From NCBI GenBank assembly GCA_038245905.1, contig JBBRRY010000052.1, positions 1-16,158 on the forward strand: a DNA stretch of 16,158 bases. The letters run 5' to 3'. Source of the stretch: Thermoanaerobaculia bacterium (GTDB lineage: Bacteria; Acidobacteriota; Thermoanaerobaculia; UBA5066). The notes beneath the pieces are model-generated. The model saw only the letters and a program-made list of their open reading frames with translations. It searched no databases and had not been told where the DNA came from. Both the position numbers and the translations under genes were made by a program. Positions 6,513 through 15,062 of the stretch are shown in pieces. Numbering within the stretch: position 1 is the stretch's first letter; every line of letters begins with the position of its first letter.

Positions 6513-8122
6513 TCCGAAAGGTCCTCACCCTGACCCTCTCGCTTCTTGCGTTTCCCCTCGCGGCCCAGGGGGCCGGCGCGCCCGACGCCACGGCCGGCGT
6601 GCCGCTCTCGCTTGCCGACGCGACGGTGCGTGCGCTCGCACGCAACCACGACATCGCGTTCGAGCGCGATGCGTTCCGGATCACGGACGCCACGATCCTC
6701 CGGGCCGAAGGCTCGTACGACCCCTCCTTCCGCCTCGACGCGCGTTACCGCAGCCACACGGATCCCGTGAACTCGCTCCTCTCCGGGGCGCCCGCGAGCG
6801 AAATCTCGCCGTCGGCCGAAGGCTTCGCGACGTCGGCGAGCATCGGACAGCTCCTCCCGACGGGTGGCGTCGTGAACGTGTCCGCGTCCGGCTCCCGGGA
6901 CCTCACGAACTCCTTCTTCACGGTCCTGTCTCCAGCCTGGAGCACGGCGGTCGGCATCGACCTGCGTCAGCCGCTCCTTCAGGGGCTCTCGCTGGATCCG
7001 GCGCGGCGGGCGCTGCGCATCGCCCGGATCGACCGCGAGCGCGGATCGGCCAGCCTGCGCCGTACCGTGACCGAGACCGTGGCCTCCGTCGAGCGCGCGT
7101 ACTGGTCGCTCGTCGCGGCCCGGCGCGACGTCCTCGTTCGCGAGGCGAGCGTGAAGCTCGCCGGGGACCAGCGCGACGACACGAAGACGAAGATCGACGT
7201 CGGGACGCTCGCCGAGTCCGAGATCGCGCAGCCGGTCGCCGAGCTCGAGCGCCGCAGAGGCGACCTTTACGCGTCGCAGGAATCCGCGCGCCGGGCCGAG
7301 CTCCTGCTCAAGCTTCTCCTCCTCGATAACGAGAACGACGCCGTGTGGAACCAGCCGCTGCTGCCAACCGACAAGCCGGAAACCGATCTCCGCCGTATCG
7401 ACCTCGCGGCGGCTCTCAAGGAAGCCGGCGCCCGCCGGCCCGAGATCGCGGAGGCCTCCGCTCGTGTCGCCGAGCGTGCCGTAGACGTCGACTTCGCGAG
7501 GAGCCGGAGCCTTCCGCAGGTCGATCTCGTGGCCTCGTACGGGCGCCGCGGCCTCGCGGGCGACCTGAACCCGAACGCGCCCGCGATCGGCTTCACGGGG
7601 CAGCCCGTCGTCGTGCCGGACGCTCTGAACGGCGGCCTCGGGCGCTCGTTGGGCGGGATTGGCGAGGGGCGTTTTCCCGATGCGTCGATCGGCGTTTCGG
7701 TCGCGGTGCCTATCCTGAACCGCGCCGCCCGAGGCGACGCCGCCATCGCGAAGGCGCAGAAGAGCCAGGCCGAGACGACGCTCTCCCAGCAGAAGCAGCG
7801 CGTCGCCGTCGAGGTGCGCAATGCCGCGCTGACGCTCGAGACCGCGGCCGCGCGCATCGAGGCCGCGAAGGCGGGGCGCGAGGCCGCCGAGACGCAGCTC
7901 CGCGCCGAGCACGAGCGTTATGGCGTCGGCCTCTCGACGAACTTCTTCGTCCTCACGCGCCAGAACGAGCTCGCGCAGGCCACTCTCACCGAGACCGCCG
8001 CACTCACCGATTACCGCAGAGCCCTGACCGACTTCGCGCGTTCCACGGGGGTGCTTCTCGACGAGCGCCACATCGAGATCCGGGACGACGCTCCGGCCGT
8101 CAAGTCCGAAGGGGGGAAGTGA
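6509..8122 (+). CDS. TolC-family outer membrane efflux protein
   Basis: GTG 6509 with AAAGGAG RBS and signal peptide IRKVLTLTLSLLAFPLAAQ. Motifs include LSLADATVRALARNHDI, LRQPLLQG, VERAYWSL, RRPEI, LPQVDL, AVPILNRAARG and YGVGLSTNFFVL..Q. Confidence 0.92.
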   Translation: MIRKVLTLTLSLLAFPLAAQGAGAPDATAGVPLSLADATVRALARNHDIAFERDAFRITDATILRAEGSYDPSFRLDARYRSHTDPVNSLLSGAPASEISPSAEGFATSASIGQLLPTGGVVNVSASGSRDLTNSFFTVLSPAWSTAVGIDLRQPLLQGLSLDPARRALRIARIDRERGSASLRRTVTETVASVERAYWSLVAARRDVLVREASVKLAGDQRDDTKTKIDVGTLAESEIAQPVAELERRRGDLYASQESARRAELLLKLLLLDNENDAVWNQPLLPTDKPETDLRRIDLAAALKEAGARRPEIAEASARVAERAVDVDFARSRSLPQVDLVASYGRRGLAGDLNPNAPAIGFTGQPVVVPDALNGGLGRSLGGIGEGRFPDASIGVSVAVPILNRAARGDAAIAKAQKSQAETTLSQQKQRVAVEVRNAALTLETAAARIEAAKAGREAAETQLRAEHERYGVGLSTNFFVLTRQNELAQATLTETAALTDYRRALTDFARSTGVLLDERHIEIRDDAPAVKSEGGK

Positions 8123-8124
8123 AC

Positions 8125-9174
8125 ATGGCACGCTCGAGCGCCGCTCCTTTCCTCACGGCCTGTCTCGCCGCCCTCGCGGCCGCCGGCTGCTCGCGCAGCG
8201 CGAACGGACGTCTGGCGGCGTCCGCGCCGGCGCCCGCGCCGATCTCCGTCCGGGCCGCCGCCGTGGAGAGCCGTGTTCTCCCCCGCATCCTCGAAGTCAC
8301 GGGCGCCCTTACCGCGGACGAATCGGCGGACGTGGCCTCGGAGCGCGACGGAAACGTCGCGACCGTCCGTGTGGAACGCGGGACCTACGTCGAGAAAGGC
8401 ACCGTCCTCGCGACCCTCGACGAGCGCGAGGCGAAGGCCCAGCTCGACCAGGCGCGCGCGAATCTCGCGTGGGCCGAATCCGAATTTACCCGATACGCCG
8501 AGCTCCGGCAGAAGCAAGTCGTCGCAAAGTCCGAAAACCAGCGGAAGGAAACCGACCGCGACCTCAGCCGCTCCTCGGTCGCCCTCGCCGAGAAAGCGTT
8601 CGCCGACTGCGTGATTCGTGCGCCGTTCGCGGGCGTCGTCACGGAGAAGAAAATCTCGGCGGGTGCGTTCGTGAAGCGCGGCCAGGCGATCTGCGGCCTC
8701 GTAAAGATCGACCCCCTGCGCGCCGAGCTCGCAATCCCCGAGATCGCGGTCCCATCCATCCGGGTGGGCCAGAAGGCCCGCTTGAACGCCCAGTCCTTCC
8801 CGGATCGCACCTTCGAGGCGACGGTTCGATACATCGGGCCGTCGCTCAACTCCGAGGCCCGGACGCTCGTCGTCGAGGCGATGGTCCCGAACCCCGAGCG
8901 GATCCTGAAGCCCGGGCTCTTCGTGACGGCCCGCGTCGAGCTCCCGAAAAAGGACGCGACGCTCCTCGTCCCTGCGGCCGCCATCGTGACGAACTCGGGA
9001 GTCTCACATGCCTTCGTCCTCGGCACGGACCGCGTCTCCGAGCGTATCGTCGCGCTCGGCGACCGCTACGGCGACGCCGTCGAGATCCGCAGCGGCCTCT
9101 CCGCCGGCGAACGCGTCGTCGTGAAACCCGATCGCCAGCTCGCGGACGGCCTCGAAGTCGCCCGGCCCCGCTGA
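8125..9174 (+). CDS. RND efflux periplasmic adaptor (membrane fusion protein), lipoprotein
   Basis: ATG 8125 (alternative GTG 8119) in ORF 7345..9174. Lipobox AAGC. Motifs include G.V..V.VERG.YVEKGTVLA, IRAPFAGVV, LKPGLFV, LLVPAAAI and VEIRSGLSAGERVV. Confidence 0.92.
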   Translation: MARSSAAPFLTACLAALAAAGCSRSANGRLAASAPAPAPISVRAAAVESRVLPRILEVTGALTADESADVASERDGNVATVRVERGTYVEKGTVLATLDEREAKAQLDQARANLAWAESEFTRYAELRQKQVVAKSENQRKETDRDLSRSSVALAEKAFADCVIRAPFAGVVTEKKISAGAFVKRGQAICGLVKIDPLRAELAIPEIAVPSIRVGQKARLNAQSFPDRTFEATVRYIGPSLNSEARTLVVEAMVPNPERILKPGLFVTARVELPKKDATLLVPAAAIVTNSGVSHAFVLGTDRVSERIVALGDRYGDAVEIRSGLSAGERVVVKPDRQLADGLEVARPR

Positions 9175-9195
9175 TCGGCGAAAGGAAACCACACC

Positions 9196-12100
9196 GTGCA
9201 GGCTCTCGCCCGTCTCTGTGTCCGCCGGCCCGTCTTCGCGTCGGTCCTCGTCATCGCCCTCGTCGTCGTCGGCGGCGTCGGCTACTCGCGCCTCGGCGTC
9301 GACCGTTACCCGAAGATCGACTTCCCCACCGTCGCGGTCATCACACGCCTGCCGGGCGCCGCGCCCGAAGAGGTCGAGACCGAGGTCACGGACAAGATCG
9401 AGGAGTCGATCAACACGATCGCGGGCATCGACGACCTCCAGTCCGTGTCCGCCGAGGGCATCTCGCAGGTCTTCGTGACGTTCATCCTCGAAAAGAACGT
9501 CGACGTCGCCGCCCAGGAGGTCCGCGACAAGGTCAACCGCGTCCTCGCGGAGCTCCCGCGCGACATCGACCAGCCGATCGTCGAGAAGCTCGACCCCGAC
9601 GCGACGCCCGTCCTCTCGATCGCGCTCTCGGGAAACCGCACACTGCGCGAAACCACCGAGTTCGCGGACAAAGTCTTCCGGCGGCAGATCGAGTCCGTGA
9701 ACGGAGTCGGCCAGGTCACGATCCTCGGCGGCCGCTCGCGCCGCATCAACGTGCGTCTCGACACGGAGCGACTCAAGGCCTATGGGCTCTCGGCCGTGGA
9801 CGTGCGGCGCGCCCTCCAGACGCAGAACGTCAAGATCCCGGGCGGTACCCTCAAGGCCGGTGCGAACGAGGCGACCGTCCGCGTCTACGGTCGCGTCCAG
9901 AACGCGAAGGAATTCGAGGCCATCTTCATCACGCAGCGCGGCGGGCTGCCCGTCAGGATCGGCGACGTCGCGACGGTCGAGGACAGCGAGGAGGACGCGG
10001 AGCGCGCCGCCTCGAAGGACGGGGTCCCGACGGTCGTCCTCTCGGTGCGAAAGCAGTCCGGCACGAACACGATCGCGGTCATCGACGCGCTCAAGGGGCG
10101 TCTTGCCCAGATCGCGCCGCAGCTTCCGGCCGGCTATACGACCGAGATCGTCCGCGACCAGGGGCTGTTCATCAAGGCGGCCGTCGACACGGTCCAGGAG
10201 CACCTTCTCCTCGGCGGCTTCCTCGCGGCGCTCGTCGTGCTCCTCTTCCTCGGCAACCTCCGCTCGACGCTCATCGCCGCCATCGCGATCCCCACGTCCA
10301 TCATCTCGACGTACGCGCTCATGTACGCGATGGGCTTCACGCTGAACGTCCTGACGCTTCTTGCCCTGACGCTCGCGGTGGGCATCGTCATCGACGACGC
10401 GATCGTCGTCCTCGAGAACATCTTCCGCTTCATCGAGGAGAAGCACGTGGCGCCGTTCCAGGCCGCGATCGACGCGACGAAGGAGATCGGCCTCGCCGTC
10501 CTCGCGACGACGCTCTCTCTCGTGGCCGTCTTTCTCCCCGTCGCCTTCATGGGCGGCATCGTCGGGCGGTTCATGAACTCGTTCGGCCTCACCATGGCCT
10601 TCGCGATCCTCGTCTCGCTCCTGGTTTCTTTTTCCCTCACTCCCATGCTTTCCGCGCGGCTGTTGAAGAGAAAGATTCTCAAAAAGGAAGAGGGGGGCGA
10701 CGATTCGTCCAAGTCTCGAGGGTTTTACAGCTTCATCGACCGCGCCTACATGGCGATGCTGAAGTGGTCGATGGCCCACCGGTGGGTCATCGTCCTCGTC
10801 TGCGTTCTGTCCCTCGCCACGGTTCCGATCCTCTTCAAGGTCGTCCCGAAGAACTTCCTCCCGTACGACGACGAGTCCCAGTTCGAAGTGAACTTCCGTG
10901 CGCCTGAGGGGACGTCCCTCGAGGCGACTGCTCTCATCGGAAATCGCATCTCGAAGGAAGTGAAGACGCTGCCGGGAGTCGCGTATGCCCTTCTCACCGT
11001 CGGCGCAGACGACGCAAAAACGCCGAACGTCGGAAGCGTCTACGTGAAGCTCGTAGATGCCAACAAGCGCAAGGACGCCCAGACGACGGTCATGGACAGG
11101 GTCCGCAAGGAGCTGCTCCCGCATTTCGCGGACGCGAAGCTGCGCACGGACGTCTCGTACGTCAACGCCTTCTCGAGCGGCCAGAAGAACGCCGAGATCA
11201 TGTTCGTCGTCAACGGGCCGGACCTCGCGAAGCTTTCCCAGGTCTCGGACGCGCTCATGAAGAAGCTGTCTCAGGTCCCCGGGATCGTGGACGTGGACTC
11301 CTCTCTCATCTTCGGAAAGCCCGAGCTCGGCGTCACGGTCGCGCGCTCGAAGGCCTCGGACCTGGGCGTCTCCGTCGCGGACGTGGCCGAGACTCTCCGC
11401 GTCCTCGTGGGTGGCGAGAAGGTCTCCGCGTTCGACGACGGGGGTGAACAGTACGACGTCTATCTCCGCGCGAGGCCGCTCGACCGCGCCGACGAGGCGA
11501 GCCTCCGCCGCTTCAACGTGCCCTCGAACCGCCTCGGTGCCGTCCCGCTCGAGGACGTGACCTCGTTCCGCGCGGGCGTCGGCCCGTCCGAGATACGCCG
11601 CCTGAACCGGCGGCGGCAGGTCACGATCCTCGCAAACATGAACCCCGGCTTCTCGTCGCAGGTCGCGATCGACCTTCTCTCGAAGGAAGCGAAGGCGATG
11701 AACCTCGACCCGTCCTACACGTACCGGTTCATCGGGCGGTCGAAGGAGCAGGGCCGCGCGGCCCAGAACTTCCTCCTCGCCTTCGCGCTCTCCTTCGTCT
11801 TCATGTACCTCATCCTCGCAGCGCAGTTCGAGAGCTGGCTGCACCCCATCACGATCCTCCTCTCGCTCCCGCTCACGGTCCCGTTCGCGCTCGTCTCGAT
11901 TCTCGTCGCCGGGCAGTCGGTGAACATCTTCACGTCGCTCGGCATCCTCGTGCTGTTCGGCGTCGTCAAGAAGAACTCGATCCTCCAGGTCGAGTTCGCG
12001 AACCAGCTCCGCGAGCGCGGCATGGAACGCGATGCCGCCGTAATCCTCGCGAGCCGCGAGCGTCTCCGGCCCATCCTCATGACGACGCTCGCGTTCGTCG

Positions 12101-12345
12101 CGGGCATGCTGCCGCTCCTCGTCTCGTCCGGCCCGGGCGCGGGCACGAACCGCGCGATCGGCTCCGTCATCGCGGGCGGGCAGACGCTGGCCCTCCTCCT
12201 CACTCTCCTTGCGACGCCCGTCGCTTATTCGCTCTTCGACGACCTCCAGACCGCTGCCGGGCGGATCTCTCGGAGGCTGCGCGGACGGGAGCCGGCGCAG
12301 ATCGCGAAGGCGCGCCTGGAAGCGCCGGCTCCGGCGGGGCTGTAG
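9196..12345 (+). CDS. RND transporter permease (AcrB/AcrD/AcrF family), 1049 aa
   Basis: Contains RRPVFA, LGVDRYPKIDFP, PGAAPEEVE, GIVIDDAIVVLENI (proton-relay DD), GVVKKNSIL and RLRPILMTT. Confidence 0.96.
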   Translation: MQALARLCVRRPVFASVLVIALVVVGGVGYSRLGVDRYPKIDFPTVAVITRLPGAAPEEVETEVTDKIEESINTIAGIDDLQSVSAEGISQVFVTFILEKNVDVAAQEVRDKVNRVLAELPRDIDQPIVEKLDPDATPVLSIALSGNRTLRETTEFADKVFRRQIESVNGVGQVTILGGRSRRINVRLDTERLKAYGLSAVDVRRALQTQNVKIPGGTLKAGANEATVRVYGRVQNAKEFEAIFITQRGGLPVRIGDVATVEDSEEDAERAASKDGVPTVVLSVRKQSGTNTIAVIDALKGRLAQIAPQLPAGYTTEIVRDQGLFIKAAVDTVQEHLLLGGFLAALVVLLFLGNLRSTLIAAIAIPTSIISTYALMYAMGFTLNVLTLLALTLAVGIVIDDAIVVLENIFRFIEEKHVAPFQAAIDATKEIGLAVLATTLSLVAVFLPVAFMGGIVGRFMNSFGLTMAFAILVSLLVSFSLTPMLSARLLKRKILKKEEGGDDSSKSRGFYSFIDRAYMAMLKWSMAHRWVIVLVCVLSLATVPILFKVVPKNFLPYDDESQFEVNFRAPEGTSLEATALIGNRISKEVKTLPGVAYALLTVGADDAKTPNVGSVYVKLVDANKRKDAQTTVMDRVRKELLPHFADAKLRTDVSYVNAFSSGQKNAEIMFVVNGPDLAKLSQVSDALMKKLSQVPGIVDVDSSLIFGKPELGVTVARSKASDLGVSVADVAETLRVLVGGEKVSAFDDGGEQYDVYLRARPLDRADEASLRRFNVPSNRLGAVPLEDVTSFRAGVGPSEIRRLNRRRQVTILANMNPGFSSQVAIDLLSKEAKAMNLDPSYTYRFIGRSKEQGRAAQNFLLAFALSFVFMYLILAAQFESWLHPITILLSLPLTVPFALVSILVAGQSVNIFTSLGILVLFGVVKKNSILQVEFANQLRERGMERDAAVILASRERLRPILMTTLAFVAGMLPLLVSSGPGAGTNRAIGSVIAGGQTLALLLTLLATPVAYSLFDDLQTAAGRISRRLRGREPAQIAKARLEAPAPAGL

Positions 12346-12354
12346 AGTCGCGAC

Positions 12355-13371
12355 ATGCGGACCCCCAAACGCCCCGCTGCCTTCGCCGCATCCGCGCTCG
12401 CCCTCGCCACGCTCGCGGCACCGGGGTGCCGCGCGAAGGACGACGGCTCCGTACACCTCAACGGCCGGCTCGAGGCGCCCGTCGTGGACCTCGCACCGAA
12501 GGTCGCCGGCCGCGTCGTCGAGGTCCGGGTCAGAGAGGGCGACCGCGTGAGAGCGGGCGACGTCATCGCCCTCCTCGACCTCGGGGAGACCGCGCTCGCG
12601 CCGGAGCGGGACGCGCGGGGGCTGAAGTCCGCCGAAGCGCGCTTCAACGACCTCAGGGTCGGAAGCAGAAGCGCCGAGATCGCGCAAGCAGAGGCGGACG
12701 TCGCCGACAAGAAGGCCGCCGTCGAACTCGCGCGCCGAGAGCTGGAGCGCCAGGAAATTCTTCTTTCTAAGAAAGTCGGAACGCAGCGTGACACAGACAC
12801 CGCCCGCACGAGCATGGAGCGGGCCGAGGCGAGCGCAAGAATGGCCGGCGATCGTTTGCAGCTCTTGCGTGAGGGATTCCGGCAGTACCAGACCGAACAG
12901 GCGCGCGCGGACGTCTCGCGCGCCGCGACGGTGCTCAAGCAATCGGAGTCCGTGGCGCGAGAGGCCGAGATCCGCGCGCCCGCCGACGGCGTGATCCTCC
13001 ACCGCATGGCCGAGCCGGGCCTCCTCCTCGGCCCCGGCCAGCCCGCCGTGACACTCGCCTTCTCGAATCGCCTCTACGTCCGGACATTCATCCCCGAGAC
13101 GCAGCTCGGCCGGGTGCGCCCGGGCAGCCCGGCCGAGGTGACCGTCGACGCGTTTCCCGGAAAGGTGTTTCCCGCGAAGGTCACGGAGATTTCGCCCGAC
13201 GCCGAGTTCACGCCGAAGCCTGTCGAGACCGCGCGCGAGCGCGTGAACCTCGTCTACGCCGCGAAGGTCGACCTCGACGCGGGCTGGAACGCACCGCTCG
13301 TGCCCGGCCAGCCGGCCGACGTCCGTGTGAAGCCCGCGGAGAGCGGCCCGGCGAAAAGCGCCGCCCCGTGA
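12355..13371 (+). CDS. HlyD-family adaptor (YbhG-like), lipoprotein
   Basis: Lipobox APGC. Motifs include GRLEA..VDLAPKVAGRV, a long coiled coil, IRAPADGV and ISPDAEFTPKPVET..ER..LVY, typical of YbhG-type adaptors. Confidence 0.9.
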   Translation: MRTPKRPAAFAASALALATLAAPGCRAKDDGSVHLNGRLEAPVVDLAPKVAGRVVEVRVREGDRVRAGDVIALLDLGETALAPERDARGLKSAEARFNDLRVGSRSAEIAQAEADVADKKAAVELARRELERQEILLSKKVGTQRDTDTARTSMERAEASARMAGDRLQLLREGFRQYQTEQARADVSRAATVLKQSESVAREAEIRAPADGVILHRMAEPGLLLGPGQPAVTLAFSNRLYVRTFIPETQLGRVRPGSPAEVTVDAFPGKVFPAKVTEISPDAEFTPKPVETARERVNLVYAAKVDLDAGWNAPLVPGQPADVRVKPAESGPAKSAAP

Positions 13372-15062
13372 TCCGCGCCGAGAAGCTCGTCCGAAGCTTC
13401 GGCAGCCGGCCGGCGCTCCGCGGGATCGATCTCTCGATCGCGCGCGGCGAGATGTTCGCGCTCATCGGGCCCGACGGCGCCGGCAAGACGACCTTCTTCC
13501 GGATCGTCGCGGGCCTCCTCGAGCCGACATCCGGCCGTGCCGTCAAGGATGACGTCCCGTTCGGCCTCGTCCCGCAACGCTTCTCGCTCTACGAGGATCT
13601 CACCGTGGACGAGAACCTCGACCTCAGAGCCCGGCTGTACTCCGTGCCGCCCGCCGAAGCCGCGGCCCGCGCGAAGGACCTCCTCTCGCGAGTCGGTCTC
13701 GACCGCTTCGGCACGCGCCTCGCGGGCGCGCTCTCGGGCGGGATGAAGCAGAAGCTGGCCCTCGTCGCGGCGCTCCTGACGCGCCCGGCTCTCCTGCTTC
13801 TCGACGAGCCGACCACGGGCGTCGACCCCGTCTCGCGCCGGGAGTTCTGGCAGGTCCTGAACGCCCTCCACCACGAAGGGCTCACGATCGTCGTCTCGAC
13901 TCCCTATATGGACGAGGCCGAGTACGCCTCGCGGATCGCGTTCCTCAACGAGGGGCGAATCGTGGCGGAAGGCACGCGGGAGGAGATCCTGGCGGCGGTC
14001 CCGAGAGACGCCGGGACGAACTCCTCCCCGACTCTGGAGGATGCATTCATTTTTTTCAGCGAGGAAAGAGACGAAAAGGCGTCTTCTCCCCTTTCGAAGA
14101 AATCTTCGTCTCTCCCTTCCTCTTCAGCAAATTCCTCTGAAGTCCTTCTCCGCTGCGACAACCTCACGCGCACGTTCGGCAATTTCACGGCCGTCGATCA
14201 CGTGTCGTTCGAGATTCCCCGCGGGAAAGTGTTCGGCTTCCTCGGCCCGAACGGCTCGGGCAAGTCCACGACGATCCGGATGCTGACGGGGCTGCTCGAG
14301 CCCACGTCGGGCACGGCGACGGGCTTTGGCGGCCTCGACGTCGCGAAGGACACCGAGAAGTGGAAGAAGCGCCTCGGGTACATGAGCCAGAAGTTCTCGC
14401 TCTACCTCGACCTCACGGTGAAGGAGAACCTCGAATTCTTCGGCTCGATCTACGGTCTTTCACGTCCGCGTCTCGCGGAGCGCATCGGCGCGCTCTCGGC
14501 GCGTCTGCGCTTCGAATCGATCCTCGGCGAGCTGACCGAGAATCTCTCGACCGGACAGAGGCAGCGCGTCGCGCTCGCGGCGGCCCTCCTCCACGAGCCC
14601 GAGCTCCTCTTCCTCGACGAGCCGACCGGCGGCGTCGACCCGAAGGGGCGGCGCCTGTTCTGGGACCTCATCTACGAGCTCGCCGCCGCGCGCGGGATGA
14701 CGGTCCTCGTCACGACACACTACATGGACGAGGCCGAGCAGTGTGACCGCCTCGGCTTCATCCTCGACGGGAAGCTGATCGCCTCGGGCAGCCCTTCGGA
14801 CCTCAAGGCCTCTCTTTCCGGGCGGCTCTTCGAGGTGCCGCTCGCGACCGAGCCGTTCGCGGCCCTCGCGTCCGTGCGGGACGACGCGGGCCTCGAGGAT
14901 GCCTATCTCTTCGGCCGGCGGCTGCGCGCCGTCGCGCGGCCGGGCGCGGGCCCCGCGGCCGCGCGGCTCCTCGCGCGGTTCGGCGCGCCCGCCGAGGCCG
15001 AGCCCTCGCTCGAGGACGTCTTCGTGTCGCTCGCCCGGAGCGCCGAGAGGGCCGCGGCGTGA
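13368..15062 (+). CDS. ABC transporter ATP-binding protein with two NBDs (YbhF-like)
   Basis: NBD1 has GPDGAGKTT, LSGGMKQK, LLLLDEPTTGVDP and STPYMDEAE. NBD2 has GPNGSGKST, LSTGQRQR, LFLDEPTGGVDP and TTHYMDEAE. GTGA overlap with the upstream gene. Confidence 0.95.
   Translation: MIRAEKLVRSFGSRPALRGIDLSIARGEMFALIGPDGAGKTTFFRIVAGLLEPTSGRAVKDDVPFGLVPQRFSLYEDLTVDENLDLRARLYSVPPAEAAARAKDLLSRVGLDRFGTRLAGALSGGMKQKLALVAALLTRPALLLLDEPTTGVDPVSRREFWQVLNALHHEGLTIVVSTPYMDEAEYASRIAFLNEGRIVAEGTREEILAAVPRDAGTNSSPTLEDAFIFFSEERDEKASSPLSKKSSSLPSSSANSSEVLLRCDNLTRTFGNFTAVDHVSFEIPRGKVFGFLGPNGSGKSTTIRMLTGLLEPTSGTATGFGGLDVAKDTEKWKKRLGYMSQKFSLYLDLTVKENLEFFGSIYGLSRPRLAERIGALSARLRFESILGELTENLSTGQRQRVALAAALLHEPELLFLDEPTGGVDPKGRRLFWDLIYELAAARGMTVLVTTHYMDEAEQCDRLGFILDGKLIASGSPSDLKASLSGRLFEVPLATEPFAALASVRDDAGLEDAYLFGRRLRAVARPGAGPAAARLLARFGAPAEAEPSLEDVFVSLARSAERAAA

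Noticed and set aside
7345-8124. 260-aa extension of the adaptor ORF (likewise 6380..6508 for TolC)
   Set aside because: These overlap upstream genes in other frames. Signal peptides and RBSs mark the true starts at 8125/8119 and 6509.
9004-13002. 1332-aa antisense ORF
   Set aside because: Shadow frame of the RND and adaptor genes. Long stop-free antisense frames are expected with strong GC3 bias, and it has no recognisable domains.
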